Shown here: one piece after another, positions 30,155 to 41,210 of the stretch
Numbering within the stretch: position 1 is the stretch's first letter
Layout: the number at the start of each line of letters is the position of its first letter
DNA from: Opitutales bacterium
GTDB lineage: Bacteria > Verrucomicrobiota > Verrucomicrobiia > Opitutales > UBA2987
NCBI GenBank assembly: GCA_965226885.1
Contig: CBDDEL010000014.1
Coordinates: forward strand, 430,590-494,589
Length of the DNA: 64,000 nt
Direction: 5' to 3'
Position numbers and translations under genes: made by a program
Notes under the pieces: model-generated
What the model was told of the DNA's origin: nothing
The model's database searches: none
Seen by the model: the letters and a program-made list of their open reading frames with translations, nothing else

Positions 30155-32288
30155 TCACGATACTCAGCCTCCGATCGCTGACCGATACCAGCGAGCAGGT
30201 GGAACATACTCACGAGGTGATTCAAACGGCAAAGGAAATTGAGGCGTCTGCCGTTGATATGGAAACCGGCATGAGAGGCTACCTACTGGCGGGCAAGGAA
30301 GAATTTCTCGGTCCCTACAATTCTGGTCGTGTGAAGTTCTCTCAATTGAGCAAGGAATTGAAAAAGACGGTCAATGACAACCCCGCACAGGTAGAGCTGC
30401 TTGAAGAAATTCAGGAAAATATTGGCGGCTGGCAATCCAATGTCACCGAATCGACTATCGAGTTACGCAGAGAAATCGGCGATGCAAAAACCATGGACGA
30501 TATTTCACGTCTCGTTGGGGAAAAAAGGGGGAAGGTATACTTCGACAAGTTTCGTGGACAGGTCAAAACCTTCATAGAGAGAGAAAGCAATCTTATGGCC
30601 GTACGGCAAAAGGAAGCCAAGGAAATGACGGCCAGAGGTTTAGAGAATGTTAACCTGCTGTATAAAACCACCGAATGGGTCGATCATACGCATGTGGTGA
30701 TTCAAGAGGCGATGAAAATAGAGGCTGCGGCCGTTGATATGGAGACCGGGATGCGAGGTTTCCTGCTCGCTGGTAAAGACGAGTTTCTTGGACCCTACAC
30801 CGAGGGAAAAGCGAAATTTTTCGATTTAGTTACAAGTTTATCAAAGACCGTGGATGACAACCCCGCACAGGTAGTCCTGCTGGAAGATATAAGAAAAAAC
30901 ATCGGTGAGTGGCAGCAAAACGTCACGGAGCCAGCCATCAAGTTGCGTCGATCCGTTGGTAGGGGAAAGACAATGGATGATGTAGCAGCGCTCATTGGGG
31001 AAGCCAGGGGCAAGACCTACTTTGATAAGTTTCGTGGACAGATAGCGCGCTTCATAGAGAGGGAAGCAAGCCTTATGGCTGAACGCCAAGAGACCGCCAA
31101 GGTAATTTTTGCCGATACTACAAGTAACCTGCACTCACTGGAAGAAAGCACCGATATGGTCGATCACACCCATGAAGTGATTCAAGAGGCGATGAAAGTG
31201 GTGGCGTCGGCAGTTGATATGGAGACCGGGATGAGAGGCTACCTGTTGGCCGGTAAAGAAGAGTTTCTTGCTCCGTATGAGACTGGCAAAAACAATTTTT
31301 ATGGGACACTCGAAAAACTGGCAAAGACCGTAAACGACAACCCCGCACAAGTGGCCCTGCTTAGTGAAATCAAAACAAATATCACAGGGTGGCAGGAAAA
31401 GGTCACGGAATCGTCCATTGCCCTTCGGACAGAAATTGGCGATGCAAAAACCATGAATGATATGGCAAAGCTGATTGGAGAGGCAAGGGGCAAAGTCTAT
31501 TTCGACAAATTTCGCGATCAGATAAAGACCTTCGTGGGAAGAGAGAACACCCTTATGGAATTGCGGAAAAAAGATGCCGATAAAACTTCGGCCAGTACGA
31601 TGCTGACTGTAATCTCGGGCACCATTATAACAATTTTAATAGCGGCCATCCTATCGTTTATCATCACCCGTGGCATCACCACCCCGTTGCGCCAGACGAT
31701 GAATGTCCTCGAAGCTGTGGCAGATGGGGATTTAAGCAAGCAGATCGATCTCGACCGTAAAGACGAGATTGGCCAGATGGGTGATAATCTAAATAAGGCG
31801 ACGGATTACATAAGGGAAATTGCCGACGCTGCTGAATCCCTCGGTCGGAAGGACTTGACGGTCAAGGTCGTCCCAAAGTCCGGGCAGGATTTGCTATCAC
31901 AGAACTTCATCAAAGCTGTGGATGGGATGAGCGGCGCCATTCAAGCCATCTCGGAGAACGCACATGTGCTGACCGGTTCATCGGCAGAGATGTTACAGGT
32001 AAGCCAGCAGCTGGCTGGCAATGCTGAGGAAACCTCCACGCAAGCCAATGTGGTATCGGCAGCCAGCGAACAGGTTACCAACAACGTTCAAACCGTAGCC
32101 ACCGGGGCCGAGGAGATGAGCGCCAGCATCAAAGAGATCGCCCGCAACGCCACGGAGGCCACCGTGGTGGCCGACAAGGCCGTCGGCGTAGCCAAAAAAA
32201 CCAACACCGTGATAGGCAAACTGGCCGAGAGCAGCTCGCAGATCGGGCAAGTCATCAAGGTGATTACTTCCATTGCCGAGCAGACTAA

Positions 32289-33861
32289 CCCGGATATTTC
32301 GTAAAAAAAGTATCGTTGATATGCTTAACTGCTGATATACAGCAGGATAGATCAATAATTAAAGCAATATCAGCGATGACAAAAGGTAAACAATTAAAGC
32401 TACAGTTGACAAGGGTAAAAGGCCGCCGTGTGCGGGTTGATTTCAAGGGCGGAGAGGTTACTTCGGATGCCGGACTGCTTTTGATCCGGGAAGTGGATCG
32501 GCAGTTGGGCTTGACCGAACGAGCGGCCCGACAGTTAGTGGACAAACGGCAGAAGGGCAAAGTACGCCATGAGGTATTGGGGATGCTGCGGCAGCGCGTT
32601 TACGGGCTGGTGGCGGGCTATGAGGATTTGAACGACTTTGATACCCTGCGCCACGATCCATTGTTGCAAACGGTAACGGGGCGCATTGAAACGTTGGCCA
32701 GCGCGCCGACTTTGTGTCGTTTTGAAAACGGGCAGGATCGGCGGGCGGCCTTTGCGGTAAACGAGCTGTTGGTCGAACAGTTCATGGGCTCCTTTGCCGA
32801 GGAACCCGAAGAGATCATCCTGGACTTTGACGCCACCGACAATCCGGTGCACGGGCTCCAGGAGGGACGTTTTTTCCACGGTTATTATGATCATTACTGT
32901 TTTCTGCCGCTATATGTTTTCTGCGGTGATCAGCTGCTGGTGGCCTACCTGCGGCCGAGCAAGATCGATGCCAGCAAGCATGCCGGGGCCATCCTCAAAT
33001 TGCTGGTTAAACGGATTCGCCAAAGCTGGCCCCGTACGCGGATTATTTGGCGCGCCGACAGTGGATTTTGTCGAGACCGGATACTCTCTTGGTGCGACCG
33101 CAACGAAGTTAGTTACATCGTGGGGATGGCTCGCAATGCACGCTTGCAGCAAGACGCCCAGCAGTTGCAAAAGCAGGCCAAAGAATGGTTCGAACTAAGG
33201 GGTAAAAAACAACGGTTATTCCAGGACTTCGTCTATGCTGCCGATTCGTGGCGATGGCTGCGGTTGGTCATCCATAAAGCCGAACACACCGCACAGGGGT
33301 CCAACCCGCGCTTCGTGGTGACGAACCTGCCGGGCGATCCCCAGGAGCTTTACGACAAGGTATACTGTGGCCGCGGTGAAATGGAGAACCGAATCAAGGA
33401 ACAGATGCAATTGTTCAGCGAGCGCACCAGCGCCCATCAATGGTGGGCCAATCAGTGGCGATTGCTCTTGTCGGCGCTGGCCTACACCTTGATGGAAGCC
33501 ATGCGCCGGTTAGCCTTAAAAGGGACGAAGTGGGCGCGGGCCCAATGCCACACCCTGCGGCTCAAATTAATCAAGATCGGAGCGGTCATCGTGCGCAACA
33601 CCCGAACGATTCACTTTCACCTAAGTGAGAGTTATCCTTGGGCCAGTCTTTTCAACCATGCGGCCCGCCGATTGGTGCCAACCTAAAGGGTGCATTGGTG
33701 CTGCCCCCGGCACTACCGAACCAATGGGGGAAAGGGGGCAGTGTCTCTACACCCTGAAAAACACCTAAAAATCAAGACGATCTGCTCAAAATACAAAGAA
33801 ATCCATCTCCAATAGCAATAACGAGCACGAGCCAAACTTTACCCTTCATGAAATATCCGGG
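32289..33861 (+). mobile_element. IS-A copy 2 (IS1380 family), intact ORF
   Basis: IR cccggatatttc at both ends and a 4-bp direct repeat ctaa (32285-32288, 33862-33865). Carries an extra 6-bp duplication at 33821-33832. Confidence 0.95.
32376..33686 (+). CDS. IS1380-family DDE transposase (436 aa from ATG MTKGKQ)
   Basis: N-terminal signature VDFKGGEVTSDAGLLLIREVDRQLGL, then DFDATDNPVHG, RADSGF and YCGRGEMENRIKEQ DDE-region motifs. Confidence 0.85.
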   Translation: MTKGKQLKLQLTRVKGRRVRVDFKGGEVTSDAGLLLIREVDRQLGLTERAARQLVDKRQKGKVRHEVLGMLRQRVYGLVAGYEDLNDFDTLRHDPLLQTVTGRIETLASAPTLCRFENGQDRRAAFAVNELLVEQFMGSFAEEPEEIILDFDATDNPVHGLQEGRFFHGYYDHYCFLPLYVFCGDQLLVAYLRPSKIDASKHAGAILKLLVKRIRQSWPRTRIIWRADSGFCRDRILSWCDRNEVSYIVGMARNARLQQDAQQLQKQAKEWFELRGKKQRLFQDFVYAADSWRWLRLVIHKAEHTAQGSNPRFVVTNLPGDPQELYDKVYCGRGEMENRIKEQMQLFSERTSAHQWWANQWRLLLSALAYTLMEAMRRLALKGTKWARAQCHTLRLKLIKIGAVIVRNTRTIHFHLSESYPWASLFNHAARRLVPT

Positions 33862-34526
33862 CTAATCTGCTCGCCCTTAACGCCACCATCGAAGCGGCCC
33901 GGGCCGGCGAGGCCGGCAAGGGATTCGCCGTAGTGGCTAGCGAGGTCAAGGAATTAGCCAAAGAGACGAGCAAGGCGACCGAGGACATCGGCAAGAAAAT
34001 TCAGGCCATTCAGAAAGATACTGATAGTTCAGTCAAAGCCATCCAAGAGATCAGCGATATCATCGGTCAGATTAGCGGCATCCAGAACACTATCGCCACG
34101 GCGGTGGAAGAGCAGAGCGCAACAACCAACGAAATCGTGAGGAATGTAAGCGAGGCGGCCAAGGGTAGCGCAGAGATTTCCCAGAACATCAACGGGGTGG
34201 CCACGGCAGCCCAGAGCACCACATCAGGTGTCTCTAATATTCAGCAGTCTGCCGAGGAACTTTCCCGCATGGCGGCGGACCTGCAAGGCCTGGTGCAGCA
34301 GTTTAAATATAATCAAATAGACAGTGCAACTAAACTGCCGGTTGGCAATGAAAATGGAAACGGTATCTCTGATCAGAGTGTTCATGTTCAATCCTCAGTG
34401 ATCCTCGACGCCGCTCAGGCGAATACGGATCAGCTTGAAGATATGGATGAGTCGGAGCTTCAACCAATCGGAGGAGAGTTCAGTCGTATCTAGAGCCTAA
34501 GGCTTTCTCTTACTCGGAGATGTGTA

Positions 34527-34564
34527 GGCTCAAAACCGTGCGTTCCTACGAACGGTTTTGAGCC
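34527..34564 (+). terminator. Stem-loop downstream of the chemoreceptor gene
   Basis: 13-bp perfect stem ggctcaaaaccgt / acggttttgagcc with a 12-nt loop, 34 nt after the stop codon. The trailing T-tract is weak (attctt). Confidence 0.5.
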
Positions 34565-34627
34565 ATTCTTCAAGGACTTATAACTACAAATTCAAGAGAA
34601 CGAGTTAATAAACATAAAGGATTAAAA

Positions 34628-35834
34628 ATGAAAACCACAAAGTCAGTAATAATAACTGTATTGGAGATAATGATATCAGTATCGGTTTGGGCATCAGAGC
34701 AGACTGCCAGTGAGGCCCAAGAGAGGCCATTGGGTCGTAACGGAATCATCACCGACCTAACCTACACGGGTGAAGTATGGAACAACCTGAGTGGCGGGGT
34801 TAACAGCGACGATGGGGCCCATTATACCGGGCGCTTCGACATGTATATTCGCGCGGATCTGGATAAAATGGACTTTGGTCCGGATGGTGTCGCAGTGCTT
34901 CACTTCCAGGACTTGCGCGGCCGGGGAATCACCGAAGGCATTACCGGGGCACACCAGAGAATCAGTAATATCGATGGCAACTCGGGGGCAGGCTTTGACC
35001 TCACCCAATTGAGCCAGTTTTGGTATGAGCGAAGCGCGATGGGCGGACGGCTTGCCGTCAGGTTGGGAAGGATCCTCGCCGATACCGAGTTCGCCGGGGC
35101 CACACTGGGGGGCGATTTCATCAACACCTCCTTGGGATGGACCCACACGATTCCCATGCCCGCCTACCCGGATCCCGCCTACGGGGCGGTGGCATTCTTT
35201 CAACTCAGTGATTTGATCGGGTTCAAGGCCGGTGTATGGGACGGCGCCCCCAATGGCCGCAATTATGGGTTTTCCGGTGCAGGCGATGTTTTCTCCATCT
35301 ATCAGTTCACGGCCAACTACACTCTGTTTGACAGTCAGTTATCCGGCAATTCGCATATCGGCACATGGTACCACAGCGGCCAGTTCGGAGACCAGGCCGG
35401 TGGCTCCGTCCACGACGGGAACTATGGCGTCTATTTGGGCCTTAGCCAATTTTTGACCAGAGAACAAACTGCGAATGAAGGCGAAGAGCAGGGTCTGGGC
35501 ATGTTTTTACAGTTCGGCTGGGCCCCCAAGGACCGTAATAAAGCTAAAATTTACTGGGGTGGCGGCCTGGTTTACAAAGGTTTATTACCAGGCAGAGACG
35601 TAGACAGCGTTGGGATTGGTATTGGAAACATGAGTTTCAGCGGTGAACTCCCGGGTAATCGGAGCGACGAAACGATGATCGAACTGTTCTACAAAGCCCG
35701 CCTCAACCAGCACATCCTGATTCAGCCTGATTTGCAGTATATTACCAACCCCAATGGAACAGAACCTTACCAACCCCAATGGAACAGAACCCAATGCTTT
35801 CGCCTTGGGATTGAGATTCCAATTCGCTTATTAA
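34628..35834 (+). pseudogene. OprB-family carbohydrate-selective porin, C-terminus frameshifted by a 25-bp tandem duplication
   Basis: LTYTGEVWNNLSGGVN and ELFYKARLN...IQPDLQYITNPNG match the OprB pattern. Deleting one 25-bp unit restores ...PNGTEPNAFALGLRFQFAY-stop (stop at 35832-35834), a typical aromatic beta-barrel terminus. Confidence 0.75.
35742..35791. repeat. 25-bp perfect tandem duplication (ttaccaaccccaatggaacagaacc x2)
   Basis: Read directly: 35742-35766 equals 35767-35791. Confidence 0.95.
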
Positions 35835-35979
35835 AAAAAGAAGCGCTCTCCATACCGTCATTGGGACAGGAATATCTTTCCGAAAAACTAACATGAAATT
35901 TACCTGTAATTCATAGACTATTGACCAACGCGCCGGGTAGATTCCGCCTTTTAACCCGGCGCGGAAAAATCGCCAAGAG

Positions 35980-36037
35980 ACGCCGGACACCTCCGCCAAC
36001 ATTAATTTGGAAACGGAGGGGTCCGGCGTTTCTTTGT
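35980..36037 (+). terminator. Rho-independent-type terminator between convergent porin and ogg genes
   Basis: Stem acgccggac...cctccg / cggagg...gtccggcgt followed by ttctttgtt. Confidence 0.55.
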
Positions 36038-36064
36038 TATCTTTTAAAATTATAAAATACAAAT

Positions 36065-36994
36065 TCAGGTTTTTTGGCGTTCTCCGGCAAATAAAAACTG
36101 TTGGGCCAGCCCAGCTTGGGGGCCGAAGTGGGTGCGACCGAAATGGGCGATCTGCTCCCGTTTCCAGCCATCCAGACGGTATTGCCGCCGCATGGCCTTT
36201 TCTATCCATACATCGACCGGAAACGACTCCAGCCTGCCCGCACCGAAGAGGAGCACGCAATCGGCGACTTTTTGCCCGACTCCCGGCAACCGCTGCAATT
36301 GCTTGTGGGCTTCCGGGTATGGGAGCGATTGCAAGCGGTTGAGAAAACCGGGATCATTGGCCAGCGCTTGGGCGGTTTGTTTTATGTATTTGGCCCGGTA
36401 GCCAGCCTTGCAGAGCCGCAACTCGACCTCCGGAATATCCAACAGTGTTTTCCAGTCGGGCAGCGAATAGTCATCTTCGGATATTCTTTGCCCCAATCGG
36501 CGGGCGGCAGTTTCGCAAATTTGTTTGATCTGCACAATTTGCTTGTTGGAGCTGCAGAGGAAACAGAAAAGAGTCTCGCCTAAGGGTTGACGCAGAATGC
36601 GCAATCCGCGCCATTCCAGCATGGCTGCATGTAGGATTGGGTCGCTTCGCCAGGGCAGCCTGTCGGTGAGTTCTTCATAATTGCGATCGGAACCGAAATA
36701 GCGCTTGATTTCCGGCCGCATTGGTTTTTCCAGGGCAAAGGGGCATTTCCATTGCAGATCGCCATTGGTTGCCAGCCTGACACTGGCCCGCGATCGTCCC
36801 CAGATGCCCGTCCATTCTCCTCTGCCCGATTGTTTCCAGCGAAAGGCCTGGCCGCCATCGAGGGTTTCAGCCAAGGAGCGCGGGGTGAAGGGCGTCGAAG
36901 ACTCCAGAATTTTCCACCGGGTCCAGCCATCCGATTTCTCAGGGCGATCTCCAGAGAAAACTTTCTTTTTCTGCGATGGTATTGCCTCGGGCAT
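36065..36994 (-). CDS. ogg: 8-oxoguanine DNA glycosylase (OGG1-type, HhH-GPD)
   Basis: N-terminal TLDGGQAFRW and HhH-GPD region LQRLPGVGQKVADCVLLFG...FPVDVW. Confidence 0.75.
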   Translation of the reverse strand: MPEAIPSQKKKVFSGDRPEKSDGWTRWKILESSTPFTPRSLAETLDGGQAFRWKQSGRGEWTGIWGRSRASVRLATNGDLQWKCPFALEKPMRPEIKRYFGSDRNYEELTDRLPWRSDPILHAAMLEWRGLRILRQPLGETLFCFLCSSNKQIVQIKQICETAARRLGQRISEDDYSLPDWKTLLDIPEVELRLCKAGYRAKYIKQTAQALANDPGFLNRLQSLPYPEAHKQLQRLPGVGQKVADCVLLFGAGRLESFPVDVWIEKAMRRQYRLDGWKREQIAHFGRTHFGPQAGLAQQFLFAGERQKT

Positions 36995-37478
36995 CTTGAA
37001 GGGTCAGGCGCCAGGCCAGAATTTTGGTTTCATTTTGCGCCCAGTCACTACCAGTAATGCCGGCAAAAATTTCACGGGTTTTCGGCATCCCGGAGGGCAG
37101 GTGAAGGAGAAACTGTTTTTCCTGTATTGACTCGCCCGTAATGATTTCGAGTTTGATCTGGGAATTTTCGGGCAGGTTGCGAACGTTTTGATTGAGGGTA
37201 ATGATAAAGTACTCACCGGCGCGGACATCCGCCTTGGTTCGGACAATCGCCCTCCGTCCCCGGTTTTCTTTTCCAGTGAAAAATTCACTTAGGCGCTGAA
37301 AATAATTTTCTTCCAGGAATTGATGGTGGACGGTCTTTATTACCACATCGGCTATGCCTGGTGAAGCCGGAATCTGGAATGCGAGGAGCACCGTGGCGAT
37401 GCCCCATCCGGTAAAATCCGGCCATTTAATCATGGCTTGAGGTTTTGTCGCAGAGAGGGCATTGTCAAAGTTAATCAT
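36939..37478 (-). CDS. Hypothetical membrane-anchored protein
   Basis: ORF with one hydrophobic N-terminal segment (WGIATVLLAFQIPASPG). Start set at the internal ATG to avoid overlap with the divergent SDR gene. No family recognised. Confidence 0.35.
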   Translation of the reverse strand: MINFDNALSATKPQAMIKWPDFTGWGIATVLLAFQIPASPGIADVVIKTVHHQFLEENYFQRLSEFFTGKENRGRRAIVRTKADVRAGEYFIITLNQNVRNLPENSQIKLEIITGESIQEKQFLLHLPSGMPKTREIFAGITGSDWAQNETKILAWRLTLQDARGNTIAEKESFLWRSP

Positions 37479-37554
37479 CGTCTGCAATGGGTTTGCCTGG
37501 ATAAATTTTATGCCGACAATGAGCCGATTTATGGTGAAAGATTCATTAAACTCG

Positions 37555-38358
37555 ATGTATAGCAAGGTGCTGGTGACGGGGGCAAGCGCCGGACTGGGGG
37601 AAGGTTTTGTGCGCATGCTGCTGGATGAAGGTCTGGAAGTTTGGGGGACTTCCCGCAGGCCCCGGCAATTGCCCGAAAGAGATAGATTTCATCCAGTGGA
37701 GCTGGATTTGCGCAATGCCGATTCCCTGAAAGATTTTCTGGACAACGTTCTTCGGCAGGGGCCTCCTTTCGATCTCGTCGTCAACAATGCCGGGTATGGC
37801 GCGTTTTACCCCTTTGATAAATTTCCCGAGAACGAAATAGGTGGCCAAATCGATGTTCTTTTGTCGGGTCCGATACAAATCTGCCGCCAGGCTTATTCCG
37901 GCATGCACCAGCGTGGACACGGTGTTCTGGTCAATGTCTCCTCCTTGGCGGCGGAATTTCCATTGCCCTACATGAGCCTTTACAATGCTTCCAAAAGCGG
38001 ATTATCGGGTTTTTCTCAAAGCTTGATTCTGGAATCCCGTGGTTCGGGAGTGACGGTGATCGATTTCCAACCCGGCGATTTCAGAACATCATTCAATGCA
38101 GTCATGAAACGCGATGCGGCCTTGGGGGAGGGAAATCCACAAGTTTCCGCCGCCTGGGATGCGATCGAAAAGAAGCTCAAGAGCGGCCCGCCGGTCGAAA
38201 TTGCCGTCCAGAAACTGCGCAAAGCCCTACTCAGACCGCGAAGCGGAACCGTTCGCACGGGCCGGTTTTTCCAGGCTGTCCTGTCCCCATTTATGACGCG
38301 ATTCCTGCCACGGAACGCCATTCTGTGGTTCATTCGCCGCTATTACGGCATGAGATAA
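37555..38358 (+). CDS. SDR-family oxidoreductase
   Basis: VLVTGASAGLGEG cofactor motif, NNAG, and YNASKSGLSGF catalytic YxxxK. Confidence 0.8.
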   Translation: MYSKVLVTGASAGLGEGFVRMLLDEGLEVWGTSRRPRQLPERDRFHPVELDLRNADSLKDFLDNVLRQGPPFDLVVNNAGYGAFYPFDKFPENEIGGQIDVLLSGPIQICRQAYSGMHQRGHGVLVNVSSLAAEFPLPYMSLYNASKSGLSGFSQSLILESRGSGVTVIDFQPGDFRTSFNAVMKRDAALGEGNPQVSAAWDAIEKKLKSGPPVEIAVQKLRKALLRPRSGTVRTGRFFQAVLSPFMTRFLPRNAILWFIRRYYGMR

Positions 38359-38464
38359 AACTCCATCCGCAAGTTCGATCAAAAAGGAGGTAAACGAGGA
38401 CAACTTTACCTGGCGGTAGGGGAGGTCGGATTATCTTGATAAATATGCAAAATATCTTATATTA

Positions 38465-39985
38465 GAGGCTGTCCCAAAAGGGTGATTTTTGCGAGGGCTT
38501 TTGATAGGCGCTCATTTTAGAGGTATTTGCATTTGGGAGAGTATCAACTTTGGGGAGAGTATCAACTTTGCTCTCCTATGACGTTAGGATACTGGTTTTG
38601 GGGTCCGGTTGCCTGGTTTTCTTTGTATGAGCCGACAGTAAGGCTGTGAAAAAGTATTGTCCTTGCTTTTCCGCTCTCTAGGCCGCCGCTTTGGTTTTTA
38701 GTTCGTCTTGCTGGGCCAGCATCTTGGCTACTTTCCATAGGTTGTGCGAGAGTACCGACCAGGCTACGCTGATCGAGCGGTTGGCAAAGCCTTTGCTGCG
38801 CAACCGCCCGGCCTGCCAGCGATTCTTCAATACCCCGATCCGCCCTTCGGTGCTGGCCCGGCGCTTTTGCAATTGTCTGAACAGTGGTTCCTCCATCCGT
38901 TTTTTCAACTGCTTCGGATCGCGTGGACAGAGCGCGTCGTAGATTCCCTCCTGGGCTAACTGCCGGCGGGCCCGCTGGGAGGCAAATCCCCGGTCCGCGC
39001 ACATGGCCGCTATGGGTTCTTCCAGGTTGAAGCGGTTCTGTCTTTGCAAACTCTCTTGCATTTGTTCATTTTCGCTTGGAGTTCGGCTGCCGTAGAGTTT
39101 CCAGTCCAGCAGGTACCCTTCAACGCTTTCTCCCAAAAACAGGGTGTTGCCGAACTCGACCTCTTGGCCCGCTTTACCTCGCACAATCACCTGCCCATCG
39201 AGTTCGTAAACACTCAAGACTTTCTCTGCGTTTTTCACCTGGCGGCCGCCAATGATCCGCTCGTGCGCCTGTTTGATGACCACCGGGATTTGCTCGCTCA
39301 TGCGCTCCATCCGGGCGAGGATCTGTTGGACCTGTTTTTCGCTGTAATCGCTTTGCTCCCAGCAGGCTTGCAATAATTCCCGGTGACTGCGGGCATGCTC
39401 CCCGATCCGTTTGAGCAGCTTTTTCATCTGCCTCAAGATACCCTTGCGCTGCCGCGCGCTGTCCTTTCGCCGCCGGCTGTGGGTCATCTGTATGCACAGC
39501 CGATTCATCTGCCGAGCCAAGGGCTCCGGTTCGATCGGCATGCGATGGAGCAAACCGGCCTTCTCGCGGATCAGCCGGATCGCTTTGAGCAACGTGCCGG
39601 CTACATCCTTGAGTAATACCCAGTCCGTCGGCCAATGAATGTTAGCCTCCAAACAGGTGCCGTCGATCAGGCAAATGGTGGTGTCAATCGGCTTGTCCAA
39701 TCCCACCTGCCGGGCCAGAAGGGCATCGCCCACCACCTCAGTCAAGGTCCGGTGCAAGGCCCTCAACTGCTCTTCGCTGAAAAACTTCGAGGCCCGCTCC
39801 AGGGTGCTTTTGGAGATGCCCCTGATGCCATCGATCTGCCGGACACGGCAAAAGTCGGCCAACAGATCGCTGCTGCCCAGAGCCCGCGACAAATGCCGAA
39901 ACGAAATCCCTCCGAGCAGACGGCCCAGCGTATCCATGCGCAGTGCCTTGATGGCAAAACTGGCCCGCTGCCGCCGGGCCTTTAG
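38465..39985 (-). mobile_element. IS-B copy 2, truncated at the transposase 5-prime side by IS-A copy 3
   Basis: Starts with IR gaggctgtcccaaaa. Contains an 18-bp tandem duplication (38535-38570). Transposase ORF fragment 38678-39937. Ends at cctttag, abutting the IS-A IR. Confidence 0.9.
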
Positions 39986-41210
39986 CCCGGATATTTCGTA
40001 AAAAAAGTATCGTTGATATGCTTAACTGCTGATATACAGCAGGATAGATCAATAATTAAAGCAATATCAGCGATGACAAAAGGTAAACAATTAAAGCTAC
40101 AGTTGACAAGGGTAAAAGGCCGCCGTGTGCGGGTTGATTTCAAGGGCGGAGAGGTTACTTCGGATGCCGGACTGCTTTTGATCCGGGAAGTGGATCGGCA
40201 GTTGGGCTTGACCGAACGAGCGGCCCGACAGTTAGTGGACAAACGGCAGAAGGGCAAAGTACGCCATGAGGTATTGGGGATGCTGCGGCAGCGCGTTTAC
40301 GGGCTGGTGGCGGGCTATGAGGATTTGAACGACTTTGATACCCTGCGCCACGATCCATTGTTGCAAACGGTAACGGGGCGCATTGAAACGTTGGCCAGCG
40401 CGCCGACTTTGTGTCGTTTTGAAAACGGGCAGGATCGGCGGGCGGCCTTTGCGGTAAACGAGCTGTTGGTCGAACAGTTCATGGGCTCCTTTGCCGAGGA
40501 ACCCGAAGAGATCATCCTGGACTTTGACGCCACCGACAATCCGGTGCACGGGCTCCAGGAGGGACGTTTTTTCCACGGTTATTATGATCATTACTGTTTT
40601 CTGCCGCTATATGTTTTTTGCGGTGATCAGCTGCTGGTGGCCTACCTGCGGCCGAGCAAGATCGATGCCAGCAAGCATGCCGGGGCCATCCTCAAATTGC
40701 TGGTTAAACGGATTCGCCAAAGCTGGCCCCGTACGCGGATTATTTGGCGCGCCGACAGTGGATTTTGTCGAGACCGGATACTCTCTTGGTGCGACCGCAA
40801 CGAAGTTAGTTACATCGTGGGGATGGCTCGCAATGCACGCTTGCAGCAAGACGCCCAGCAGTTGCAAAAGCAGGCCAAGGAATGGTTCGAACTAAGGGGT
40901 AAAAAACAACGGTTATTCCAGGACTTCGTCTATGCTGCCGATTCGTGGCGATGGCTGCGGTTGGTCATCCATAAAGCCGAACACACCGCACAGGGGTCCA
41001 ACCCGCGCTTCGTGGTGACGAACCTGCCGGGCGATCCCCAGGAGCTTTACGACAAGGTATACTGTGGCCGCGGTGAAATGGAGAACCGAATCAAGGAACA
41101 GATGCAATTGTTCAGCGAGCGCACCAGCGCCCATCAATGGTGGGCCAATCAGTGGCGATTGCTCTTGTCGGCGCTGGCCTACACCTTGATGGAAGCCATG
41201 CGCCGGTTAG
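39986..41210 (+). mobile_element. IS-A copy 3, left 1225 bp
   Basis: Begins with IR cccggatatttc. The transposase reading frame (from 40073) stops matching after ...EAMRRLA, where IS-A copy 4 begins. Confidence 0.9.

Larger units (their letters stand above)
30155..34493 (+). pseudogene. Methyl-accepting chemotaxis protein with three tandem CHASE3 units, TM, HAMP and MCP signalling domain. It is 5-prime truncated and interrupted by IS-A copy 2.
   Basis: Three 160-aa units each carry HTHEVI...AVDMETGMRGYLLAGKEEFLGPY...DNPAQV...GKVYFDKFR. A TM helix (TMLTVISGTIITILIAAILSFII) follows. The signalling hairpin IAEQTN / [31 protein letters not shown] is split exactly at 32288/33866. Confidence 0.85.

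Noticed and set aside
29902-32304. An 800-aa ORF that could be read as one large protein
   Set aside because: It is a read-through chimera. It starts in the IS21 terminal repeat, passes through a 151-bp IS-B fragment, continues into a 5-prime-truncated chemoreceptor, and terminates inside the IR of IS-A copy 2.
32316-32375. A 20-codon N-terminal extension (MICLTADIQQ...) of the IS-A transposase in the ORF track
   Set aside because: It starts at a TTG within the sub-terminal region, 28 nt inside the IS end, just past the 12-bp IR. The ATG at MTKGKQ is the more plausible start. The 35-bp deletion in copy 4 removes this ATG.
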